From Candidatus Zixiibacteriota bacterium (GTDB lineage Bacteria; Zixibacteria; MSB-5A5; WJJR01): DNA of 15,834 nucleotides. The notes beneath the pieces are model-generated. The model was not told the origin of the DNA. It saw nothing but the letters and a program-made list of their open reading frames with translations, and ran no database searches. This document shows, piece by piece, positions 7,258 to 14,783 of the stretch; position 1 is the stretch's first letter, and each line of letters opens with the position of its first letter. A program made the position numbers and the translations under genes. The stretch spans positions 1 through 15,834 of the forward strand of contig JAVHPP010000051.1 in NCBI GenBank assembly GCA_036170655.1, read 5' to 3'.

Positions 7258-8067
7258 TTAGCGTGCTGTGGCCTGCTGGGAAAAGTCGGCGATCCGCTGG
7301 TAAAAGTCCGCGCCGGCGATATCGCAAATGTCGTTGTGCCCTGCGCCTTCGACCAGCCACAGGTCTTTGGGGCATGACGCGAGTTCGAAAAGCCGTTTGC
7401 TGTCAGAGGGGGGCACAACCTGATCCGCCGTACCATGAATCAACAGAAGGGGCACAGTCAGACGGGCGACATTCTCCTGATTATCAAAGCGATAGGTGAG
7501 GAAGAATTGCAGCGGGACGACGGGAATGATCCGCTTGGACATCTTCGCGGCTGAGAGGAATGTCGATTCCAAGATGACACCAGCACAGGGATGATCACCA
7601 GCCAGATGGGCGGCTACGGCCCCGCCAATCGAGTGCCCCCAGAGAACAATCCGGGCCGGAACGACACTGCAAGTCGTTGTCAAATATGATAATACGGCTT
7701 CGGCGTCACGATAAAGGCCGTCCTCAGACGGCATTCCCTCCGATTCGCCTGTCCCCCGGTAGTTGAAGGCGACGACCCCGAGCCGGTGCTTGACCAGTTC
7801 GGTCAACAGGTCCGCGCGGTCGGATAGATTCCCGGCGTTCCCGCAGAAGTAGAAAATCACTGGCAGACTGTCGTCAAACGGCGAGACCCAGCCGATCACC
7901 CTGACACCGTCCTCTGCGGTGGCCTCGAAACGGGAAAAGGCCGGGGGCGGCGGGGTCTTGTCCGGCTTGGGAGCGAACGCGAGCCGGGGCTGCAACCACC
8001 AGACAAGGACTTTCAGAAGTGCCAGCGTCAGGATGATGGCGATGGCCCATTTGACCCAAGGTGTCAT
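7258..8067 (-). CDS. Membrane-anchored alpha/beta hydrolase (ABHD13/Bem46-like)
   Basis: N-terminal TM helix, NYRGTGESEG, nucleophile elbow GHSIGG, HGTADQVVP (Asp) and GAGHND (His). Confidence 0.9.
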   Translation of the reverse strand: MTPWVKWAIAIILTLALLKVLVWWLQPRLAFAPKPDKTPPPPAFSRFEATAEDGVRVIGWVSPFDDSLPVIFYFCGNAGNLSDRADLLTELVKHRLGVVAFNYRGTGESEGMPSEDGLYRDAEAVLSYLTTTCSVVPARIVLWGHSIGGAVAAHLAGDHPCAGVILESTFLSAAKMSKRIIPVVPLQFFLTYRFDNQENVARLTVPLLLIHGTADQVVPPSDSKRLFELASCPKDLWLVEGAGHNDICDIAGADFYQRIADFSQQATAR

Positions 8068-8137
8068 CAGATTTCACTTTCCTGCCGGTGCAGCGGAGTT
8101 GTCCAATTGTGCTGTCATGGACGCGCCCGCCTGTCGC

Positions 8138-8165
8138 ATACTAATGCTTGGCGCGGGTGCGTCAA
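8138..8165 (-). promoter_or_regulatory. Candidate sigma70 promoter for the alpha/beta hydrolase
   Basis: Minus strand TTGACG (8165-8160), 16 nt spacer, TAGTAT (8143-8138), embedded in an inverted repeat. Confidence 0.4.
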
Positions 8166-8218
8166 ACCAGTATTGACCAGATCGGCTTTCGATCACCCTT
8201 TGCAACGGAGACCCAACA

Positions 8219-8572
8219 ATGCCCACCCAACATGACAAAGCCAGTCAGAAAGGCGCCGCCGACACGGCCAAGAATCCTTTCGTCACAATCATCCATTATC
8301 GGACAACCAGCGAGTGTCGGCGGGATTTCCTCAACATTGTCAACTCACGGGCGGAGACACTGGCGCAGTTGGGATACATGCCAGCCGAGCCGGTTCAGGT
8401 TTTCGCTGATGCCCAAGACCCCAACGAAATGCTCGAGATCATTACGTGGACTTCGGAGAAAACGGCCAGCGAGGCGATGGCACGTCCCGAGATCAAGCGC
8501 ATTGACAACGCACTCAAGGCGATGCTGGCGGATCCGGGGGCGATGATGGTGGAGCATTTGAGAAGAAAGTGA
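8219..8572 (+). CDS. Small hypothetical protein, probable dimeric alpha-beta barrel (ABM-like)
   Basis: GGAG SD 8 nt upstream of the ATG and fills the gap between neighbours. Beta-alpha-beta-beta-alpha-beta pattern (VTIIHY / helix / VQVFAD..DPN / MLEIITWTS / helix) resembles ABM-superfamily proteins. Fold call is pattern-based. Confidence 0.65.
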   Translation: MPTQHDKASQKGAADTAKNPFVTIIHYRTTSECRRDFLNIVNSRAETLAQLGYMPAEPVQVFADAQDPNEMLEIITWTSEKTASEAMARPEIKRIDNALKAMLADPGAMMVEHLRRK

Positions 8573-8613
8573 CGTGGGAAATGCGGTGCCGAGATGTTGG
8601 GTGCCGGGAGATG

Positions 8614-8668
8614 TGGAGTGCGGCGGCTTGCCGCCGCTTTCAATGCGCAGGCAAGCCTGCGCACCCCA
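8614..8668. repeat. Inverted doublet of REP-like palindromes between convergent genes
   Basis: Left copy (+): TGGAGT-GCGGCGGC-TT-GCCGCCGC-TTT (8614-8640). Right copy (-): TGGGGT-GCGCAGGC-TT-GCCTGCGC-ATT (8668-8642). Same foot, stem length, TT loop and tail. Confidence 0.7.
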
Positions 8669-8672
8669 TATT

Positions 8673-11471
8673 TTACTTGATGAGCACCATGCGGCGCGCG
8701 GTTGAGGCGCGGCCGTTGACCGAGAGACGGTAGAAGTAGACGCCGGAGGCGGCATATCGGCCGTGGGTATCGGCGCCATCCCAGGCGATTTCATGCCGGC
8801 CGGGCTCGGCGGTTCCATCCAGCAGCACTCTCACCTGCCGTCCGAGAATATCGATGATTTGCAGACGGACTGCCTGAGATTGCGCACCGGCGACGACAAA
8901 GGGGATCACTGTGCCGGCGTTAAACGGATTGGGATAGTTTTGCAGGAGTTCAAATGACGACGGGACGCCTGCGGCACCGCTGCCGTCAGTCGGATCATCG
9001 AAGATTCCGGTGGTCGCATCGCCATTGAGCCAATTGAGAATCGGTGCGAGCACCTGGGCGCGCGTGTTGAAGTAATACGGAGCATAGTACTGTGTGCTCG
9101 AAATGGTTTCGAATCCAAAGCCGAACACCACTGCCCGGTAGCCATTTCGTTCAATGTGGACGGCGGCGTTCGGCAGCGATGGCGTAAAGCGGTAATTGTA
9201 GCAGACGATCGCCGGTGACCCGGAAACCAGATCCAGCCGGTCCGCGGATTTCTGGTTGTTGGCCCCATCCTGTCCCGCTCCATTAATCTGCATCCCATCG
9301 CCAACCGGATCGCTGGCCACCCCGGACGCGACCGCAAATGTTTCGAGGCCTGCGTAACGGACGCCAAAGTAGTCGAACAGGAAGGCCGAATCGGAACTGG
9401 CATTCCAATTCTGCACGATGTCCTGCCCGGTCAGAAACAGATGACCGTTTCCATCGAGATACGATTTGATGGCCAGAGCCGAGGCGTGGGTCGGGCTAAC
9501 GCGATTGCTGTCGCCGGTCTGCCAGATCACGATGGGATAGGTCAGCAGTGTCTCAGCCGGGGGCGTACCCTTGGCGGACACATCCCAGGCGCGATGCACC
9601 TGATTCAGCGAATCCAGCGTGGCATTCAGGCGTCCTTCGAGCAACTTGCCCCGGTCATCGTCAACCACCAGAACATGCGGCCTGCCGATCTCGTGCCGTG
9701 TCGTGTACGTCCAGCGCGAGACACCGCCGCCAGCGGTCACGGCCATGGTAAAGGGGACAACGCGGGAGCGATAGGTCGCGGGAACGGAGAAAGTGATGGG
9801 GTCGAGCGAATTATTGATCGTTTCACCCGAGCCCACGGAGGCCGCATGGAACGTGCTGTCGATGAAGATCAGACCCGATCCGGGCGCCTGTACGGTAACG
9901 TCGATGTTGCTGGCCGCCTGCCAGAGGTCGGTCAGGTCAAAAGTCAGCCGGACAGTCTCCCCCGGCTCGGCCACACCGTTGCCGTTCCCGGCCGGGTCGG
10001 ACAGGGCGTAGTTGAGCGTCTTTAAGTATGGCCGTGAATATACAACATCAATGTTCGCGGTCATATTCATGCTCGCGGCCGAGATGTTCCAGACCGCCAC
10101 CTGGGTTGATTGTCCCAGATAATTCCGGCTGGATGGCCAACTCAGATCGTCAAAACCGGCCGAATCCGAGAAGTAGGGGTCGCCCGCATCGCCGCTGTTG
10201 TTGTTGAATTCGAGATTGAAGGTTCCATCCGCCTGCTCCAGCGCCACTTTGTAGTGCGGCGCCGATGGAGGATCCAACCCGGGTACCCATTGACCTGTGT
10301 TGTCCGACGCGACAGGATCGACATGGTACACCAGCAATCCTGCTCCGGGGAGATACTGGTCAAAGCCGGTCTGCTGACGGTTCTCGACCAGAAAATACTG
10401 CGATGTCGGCCCAATGGTGCCGCCGGTCCACAACTTGTAGATGGTGGGACTCGTCTCGACAGCCGGGAAGGCAACGCTGGCAAGATTCGTCGTTGGCTGC
10501 GCAAGCTGCTCCGGCGTCACGAACCCGAGCGCAATCCTGCTCCACGCATCCGGATGCGCCGGTACCCGTGAATCGTGGTTGTAGTTGCCGGTGGCCATCA
10601 GCGACCAGTTACCCAGTCCACGCGAGTTCCCATCGAGATCATAGAGATCGGTCAGCCCCAGGATGTGGCCCCACTCGTGGCAGAAGACACCAATGGCATT
10701 GAGCCCTCCCCCCTTCACCACGGTCTCTTCCGGCTGAATGGTATAGTCCGCAATCAACTTGCCATTGTAATTCGCAATGACGGTCGTGTGGAAGCGATGC
10801 GACTGGATCAGGGTGCTGTCGCCGGTTTCTTCGAAACCCGGCCCAGGGACAACCACCATGACACCATCGACCCAATCGTTATTGTCGTTGTCGAACTGTG
10901 AATAGTCGAGATCAGCGCTGGCGGCGGCGATCGCATGTTCGACCAGACGCTGGGCATTGTTGGGAGATGCTCCGAGTCCCATCTCGTGATTTATGTAGTA
11001 TGAATAGGGATTCGGCATACGGTACCAACCAACAACCGTGCCGATGACATTCATCTGCCCATACGACACTTCGGAGTAGTATTCCTTCATTGATCCGGTC
11101 GGGTTTCGCCCGGTCGAGAAGAGGAGACTGTCGAACATGGCTGGTGTCGCGCTGACTTTCCCTCCGGAGGCGGGATTATCGCTAAAATCGACCAGAATAC
11201 AAGGTATATGGAAATTGAACACAGCGGACCCGGCGGCCAGCCGCGCGAGTTCACCCTGAGAGCGCGCAACGGGCGCATCAACTCCGCGCGCGAGCGCTGC
11301 GTGATACAGCGCCAAGTAGGAATCCCAGTGTCCATCCTTCTTAAGTTGTTGGATGACATCGGGCGTTGGGGAGACCGCGAGCGCGGCCGTGGCTGAGAGA
11401 AACCATGCCAGCGCACCCCAGCGCTGAATGCGCTGGACGATTCTTGGACGGGCGGATGAGTTACTCAGCAC
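8673..11471 (-). CDS. Secreted M6-family (immune inhibitor A-like) metalloprotease with C-terminal T9SS-type-A/FlgD-Ig-like tail
   Basis: Signal peptide ending AALA. M6 motifs ILVDFSD, GSMKEYYSEVSYG, zinc motif HEWGHILGLTDLYD, Met-turn WSLMATG, EYFLVENRQ-like YFLVENRQ and GLLVYHVD. Tail QNYPNPFN...WDGAD..G...SGVYFYRL...RRMVLIK. GTG start 4 nt after the S8 stop, with SD GAGGTG overlapping that stop. Confidence 0.92.
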   Translation of the reverse strand: MLSNSSARPRIVQRIQRWGALAWFLSATAALAVSPTPDVIQQLKKDGHWDSYLALYHAALARGVDAPVARSQGELARLAAGSAVFNFHIPCILVDFSDNPASGGKVSATPAMFDSLLFSTGRNPTGSMKEYYSEVSYGQMNVIGTVVGWYRMPNPYSYYINHEMGLGASPNNAQRLVEHAIAAASADLDYSQFDNDNNDWVDGVMVVVPGPGFEETGDSTLIQSHRFHTTVIANYNGKLIADYTIQPEETVVKGGGLNAIGVFCHEWGHILGLTDLYDLDGNSRGLGNWSLMATGNYNHDSRVPAHPDAWSRIALGFVTPEQLAQPTTNLASVAFPAVETSPTIYKLWTGGTIGPTSQYFLVENRQQTGFDQYLPGAGLLVYHVDPVASDNTGQWVPGLDPPSAPHYKVALEQADGTFNLEFNNNSGDAGDPYFSDSAGFDDLSWPSSRNYLGQSTQVAVWNISAASMNMTANIDVVYSRPYLKTLNYALSDPAGNGNGVAEPGETVRLTFDLTDLWQAASNIDVTVQAPGSGLIFIDSTFHAASVGSGETINNSLDPITFSVPATYRSRVVPFTMAVTAGGGVSRWTYTTRHEIGRPHVLVVDDDRGKLLEGRLNATLDSLNQVHRAWDVSAKGTPPAETLLTYPIVIWQTGDSNRVSPTHASALAIKSYLDGNGHLFLTGQDIVQNWNASSDSAFLFDYFGVRYAGLETFAVASGVASDPVGDGMQINGAGQDGANNQKSADRLDLVSGSPAIVCYNYRFTPSLPNAAVHIERNGYRAVVFGFGFETISSTQYYAPYYFNTRAQVLAPILNWLNGDATTGIFDDPTDGSGAAGVPSSFELLQNYPNPFNAGTVIPFVVAGAQSQAVRLQIIDILGRQVRVLLDGTAEPGRHEIAWDGADTHGRYAASGVYFYRLSVNGRASTARRMVLIK

Positions 11472-11475
11472 GTAT

Positions 11476-14424
11476 TCACCTCAGCAGGACCATCTTCTTT
11501 GTGATCGATGCACGAGCGGTCTCGATGCGGTAGAAATAGACACCGGAGGCGACGGTGTGTCCATTGGCATCGGCGCCATCCCACAAAACCGTCATCGTGC
11601 CCGCGTTGTTCCAGCCATCGGCGAGAGTTCTGACCGTCTGGCCCAACAGATTAAAAATGGCCAGCCGGACATAGCCATCGTGCGCAAGAGAGAACGAGAT
11701 CGCCGTTGACGGATTGAACGGATTGGGAAAATTCTGATTCAACAGAACGGAGGGCACGAGAGCGTTTCCATCGCCGCCGTCCTTGACGTCGGTGACACCA
11801 AGCCACCGGCGTTGCGCATCGTCGGCAGCCAGGGAGAACAGGTCAGGCGAATCCGCCATGATCAGAGCCAGGACGAATTGCACTTCGCCGGCGGGCGGAA
11901 GATCGGCCGGCATCGCGGCCAGAATCTCCATCCCATCGCCAGCGCCGATCTGGGGACTATTCATCCCCGGCTGAAGTGCAGCCAATTTCTCTTCGGGTGT
12001 GAACGAACGCTTGATTCCGGCGGGATTCTGGAAATAGCGGCAGACACCAAAGGGCGCGTTCAAGGGGATGACCCCGGTGATCGGGACGCCGCCGTCAGCC
12101 AGATGGTAGAATCCGCCGGAGCCCAAATCGGCCTGGACATGTTCCAAAGTGGAACTTGATGCCGGCAGATCGATGTCGAGAAGTAGTCCACAACGGAGAC
12201 TGTCGATCGTCATCGTCGTGCGATTCCTGATGCGCCATTCCACGATGGCGTAGGCGCTGCCGTTGGGACCGGGATAACTGGTGACCGTCTGAGAGACCTG
12301 AACACCAGCCGGTGAGACGGCGCGCTGGTCGTCGAACACGGCTGTACCGGACAGAGCGCCATCGGGTTGTGTTGTCACTGTTAGAGAATCAAGCGGAGAG
12401 AAGTCGAACGTTGCAGCGCCACTCGGACGGCGCGACGCATCAGAAAGACGCCCTGCCGAGGCAGCGACGAGCAGAGACGCTTCGAAAAGGGCGTTATTGC
12501 CGGTGACAGAATCGCGCCAGCCAACGCCACCGGCGTTCAACTGTGAGCCGGGGCCGAGACCGAGTTGACCGAAATTGGATATCGACAAGGCCATGCGACC
12601 ACCGCCGATTGTTCGCACCACCCCACGATCTGGCAAGCCACAGATCAAGGACAGCGTGTCCTTCCACATACCCAAGTTTGGGTCGCCGGAAAGACTCAGC
12701 TCCAGCCGAAGCGAATCACCCACCGGGACAGACGGCAGCACAGAGACAGTGAACGGCGAGCCTGCATTGTCAACGGTCATTCCGGCCGGGACCAAATCGA
12801 AGTATGCGGTATCCAGCGGAACCGTGACTCCAGTGGTCAAAGGCCAGAGGCGGGCAACAAGATGACGGGCATCAGATGTCTGTCCTGCCAGAGTGACAGA
12901 AAACGGAACGGTCTCTCCCGGCGCGAGCACGCCATCGCCAAAAGTGTCGACACGTGTCGCGGCCACAGAGACGCTGGGTCTGCTGACGGGTGCCAGAGCA
13001 GCCAGAGCCGCCGGCAAGTTCAAGAGGCCGCGTCCGGATTCATTATCTTCGCCGGGGTCGGCGATATCGGTCGCCGTGCTGAGCAACGCCAGCTTGATTT
13101 GATCGGGGGTCAAATTGGGATTGTATTGCCGCAGCAACGCGACCGCAGCTGCGACATGCGGCGCGGCCATGGAAGTGCCATTCATGACACGGTAAGTCTG
13201 GCCTTTGTACGAGGAGCGAATAGCCACACCGGGCGCAACAATCTCCGGTTTGATTGTCAGCCCGTCACAGGCGGACGGTCCGCGGCTGGAGAATGAGGGA
13301 ATCGGGAAACCGGGGAGCGTGCCATCGGCGGCTCCGACCGAGAATGTGGTCGTGGGCGAGGCCGCATGATCGGCCGGATTGCGAATGGTCATCGAATTCG
13401 GCCCTTCGTTGCCCGCGGCGAACACACAGACAATGCCCATGGCTTCGACATTGCTAATGGCCTGGAAGAAGATCGAATCGCAGGGACTGATGATCTGCTG
13501 TGAGATCCCCCATGAGTTGCAAACGACATCCGGGACATCATCGCTGGTCGCGGGATTGCCATCGGGATCGGCAATCCACTGAAGGGCCCGCAAGATGTCG
13601 GCAATGGTGGCCCCCAAGGATGCGCCACGATCGATCACCGCGGCCGTGATCCATTGCGCGTCGGGCGCCAGACCGATCGTATCGGCGCCATCATGCCCGA
13701 CCATGGTCCCCATGACATGCGTACCATGGCCATTGTTGTCCATCGGCGAGGGCGCCTTCATCGGATCAAACCAGGAGGCTGAGGTGTCTCCCTGAAGCCC
13801 GCGCCAATTGTTCTTCAGCGCCGGGTGCGATCCTTCAACTCCTGTGTCGATCGAGGAAACCAGACGTCCCCGTCCGGTCAGACCGAGCGCCCAGAGAGAA
13901 CGCGCGCCGACGGCGTCGAGATTCACTTGTGCGCCAGTCGCCACCGCGTCAGCAGCCGCGATCGCCTGCGGCTCAATGAGCTCAACGTGCGCGTTGACCA
14001 AGATGCGCGTCACAGCAGCGCTTGAAGCAAGAGACAGCAATCCGGCGCGATCTGTCTGAATGTGGACCAGGTTGGCGATCCAGAACCGGTCAACAATCCG
14101 CAGACGGGCTGAAGCGGCCGAAAGCGCTGATACCAGATTCGACTTGCTGTTGGCGAGATGCGAACGGAGCTGCATCTCAACGGCGCGATGGCGTGCTGCC
14201 ATGTCTGTTTCGCGCACGGCCGCTTTGCCAACCGATTCCAGAGAAGTCCAGGAATCACTCGACGCAACCAGCACATCGAAGATCGTGTCGGGGCTTGCGA
14301 CCTGCAATGCCGCCTGGAGACCGGCATCGAGCGTCGCAACAGCCTTGGGCGGAAGCGAAGACGCCGAGCCCACCGTGGAGGCACTGAAAACAGCAAACAA
14401 GAGAATGACAGCCAGATTCTTCAT
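11476..14424 (-). CDS. Secreted S8 subtilisin-like serine protease (bacillopeptidase F-like catalytic domain) with C-terminal T9SS-type-A/FlgD-Ig-like tail
   Basis: Signal peptide MKNLAVILLFAVFSAS (start moved to ATG 14424) and a propeptide. Triad IDTG / HGTHVMG / GTSMAAPHV, oxyanion AAGNEG, plus FSSRGP and KPEIVAPG. Tail QNFPNPFNP...WDGAD.NG..VASGVYFYRI...KKMVLLR. Confidence 0.93.
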   Translation of the reverse strand: MKNLAVILLFAVFSASTVGSASSLPPKAVATLDAGLQAALQVASPDTIFDVLVASSDSWTSLESVGKAAVRETDMAARHRAVEMQLRSHLANSKSNLVSALSAASARLRIVDRFWIANLVHIQTDRAGLLSLASSAAVTRILVNAHVELIEPQAIAAADAVATGAQVNLDAVGARSLWALGLTGRGRLVSSIDTGVEGSHPALKNNWRGLQGDTSASWFDPMKAPSPMDNNGHGTHVMGTMVGHDGADTIGLAPDAQWITAAVIDRGASLGATIADILRALQWIADPDGNPATSDDVPDVVCNSWGISQQIISPCDSIFFQAISNVEAMGIVCVFAAGNEGPNSMTIRNPADHAASPTTTFSVGAADGTLPGFPIPSFSSRGPSACDGLTIKPEIVAPGVAIRSSYKGQTYRVMNGTSMAAPHVAAAVALLRQYNPNLTPDQIKLALLSTATDIADPGEDNESGRGLLNLPAALAALAPVSRPSVSVAATRVDTFGDGVLAPGETVPFSVTLAGQTSDARHLVARLWPLTTGVTVPLDTAYFDLVPAGMTVDNAGSPFTVSVLPSVPVGDSLRLELSLSGDPNLGMWKDTLSLICGLPDRGVVRTIGGGRMALSISNFGQLGLGPGSQLNAGGVGWRDSVTGNNALFEASLLVAASAGRLSDASRRPSGAATFDFSPLDSLTVTTQPDGALSGTAVFDDQRAVSPAGVQVSQTVTSYPGPNGSAYAIVEWRIRNRTTMTIDSLRCGLLLDIDLPASSSTLEHVQADLGSGGFYHLADGGVPITGVIPLNAPFGVCRYFQNPAGIKRSFTPEEKLAALQPGMNSPQIGAGDGMEILAAMPADLPPAGEVQFVLALIMADSPDLFSLAADDAQRRWLGVTDVKDGGDGNALVPSVLLNQNFPNPFNPSTAISFSLAHDGYVRLAIFNLLGQTVRTLADGWNNAGTMTVLWDGADANGHTVASGVYFYRIETARASITKKMVLLR

Positions 14425-14441
14425 TGTCTGCTCACTGATTG

Positions 14442-14457
14442 AGCAAAGCCGGTGCCA
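14442..14457 (-). promoter_or_regulatory. Sigma54 (RpoN) -24/-12 promoter upstream of the S8-M6 pair
   Basis: Minus strand TGGCAC-CGGCT-TTGCT, an exact match to TGGCAC-N5-TTGCW, correctly oriented and ending 17 nt before the S8 ATG. Confidence 0.75.
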
Positions 14458-14717
14458 CTGTTCAAAAGTATAACCCCAGAGCGGTAGGAACTCTATCGAT
14501 GCGCACGGCAAGACAGCGGTATGGACAGCATGGACTTAGGAATCATGGACGGAATCGAGCGGGGGCCGATCTCACATCCTCGACCCCTTATACGAAGCAA
14601 TCGGGTGCACAGTCTGCAAAGAATCTCATAGAGAGCAATTCTCTGCGTAGGCAGAGGCATAAGACCAGCGAGTCGGGATGGGATGAGCGCAGGATCAATA
14701 CAGGCGGAACTGGGGAG

Positions 14718-14747
14718 CCCCGGCCCGTCTCTGCAGACGGACCGGGG
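14718..14747 (-). terminator. Strong hairpin 3' of the upstream secreted-protein gene (possible terminator/stabiliser)
   Basis: Minus strand CCCCGGTCCGTCT-GCAG-AGACGGGCCGGGG, a 13-bp stem with one U-G pair, 36 nt after the stop at 14784. No U-tract. Confidence 0.5.
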
Positions 14748-14783
14748 ATGATCAACCTACAGGTTCTATGGGGGTCGGTAATC

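Noticed and set aside
7151..7375. N-terminal extensions in the ORF track for RplM (also RpsB, PyrH, Frr, Tsf and the S8 protease)
   Set aside because: They run through promoter or leader sequence. Downstream starts fit family N-termini and mostly have better SD sites.
8148..8546. Alternative 132-aa plus-strand ORF overlapping the ABM-like gene
   Set aside because: Arg/Ser/Pro-rich off-frame composition. The 8219-8572 frame has the SD and a protein-like pattern.
8574..8671. Possible CRISPR array or IS end in the repeat-rich convergent spacer
   Set aside because: No identical repeats with unique spacers, no cas or transposase genes in the window, and no target-site duplication seen.
14596..14611. 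Second sigma54-like sequence TGTGCACCCGATTGCT (minus)
   Set aside because: Lacks the invariant -24 GG at the correct spacing from the -12 GC.
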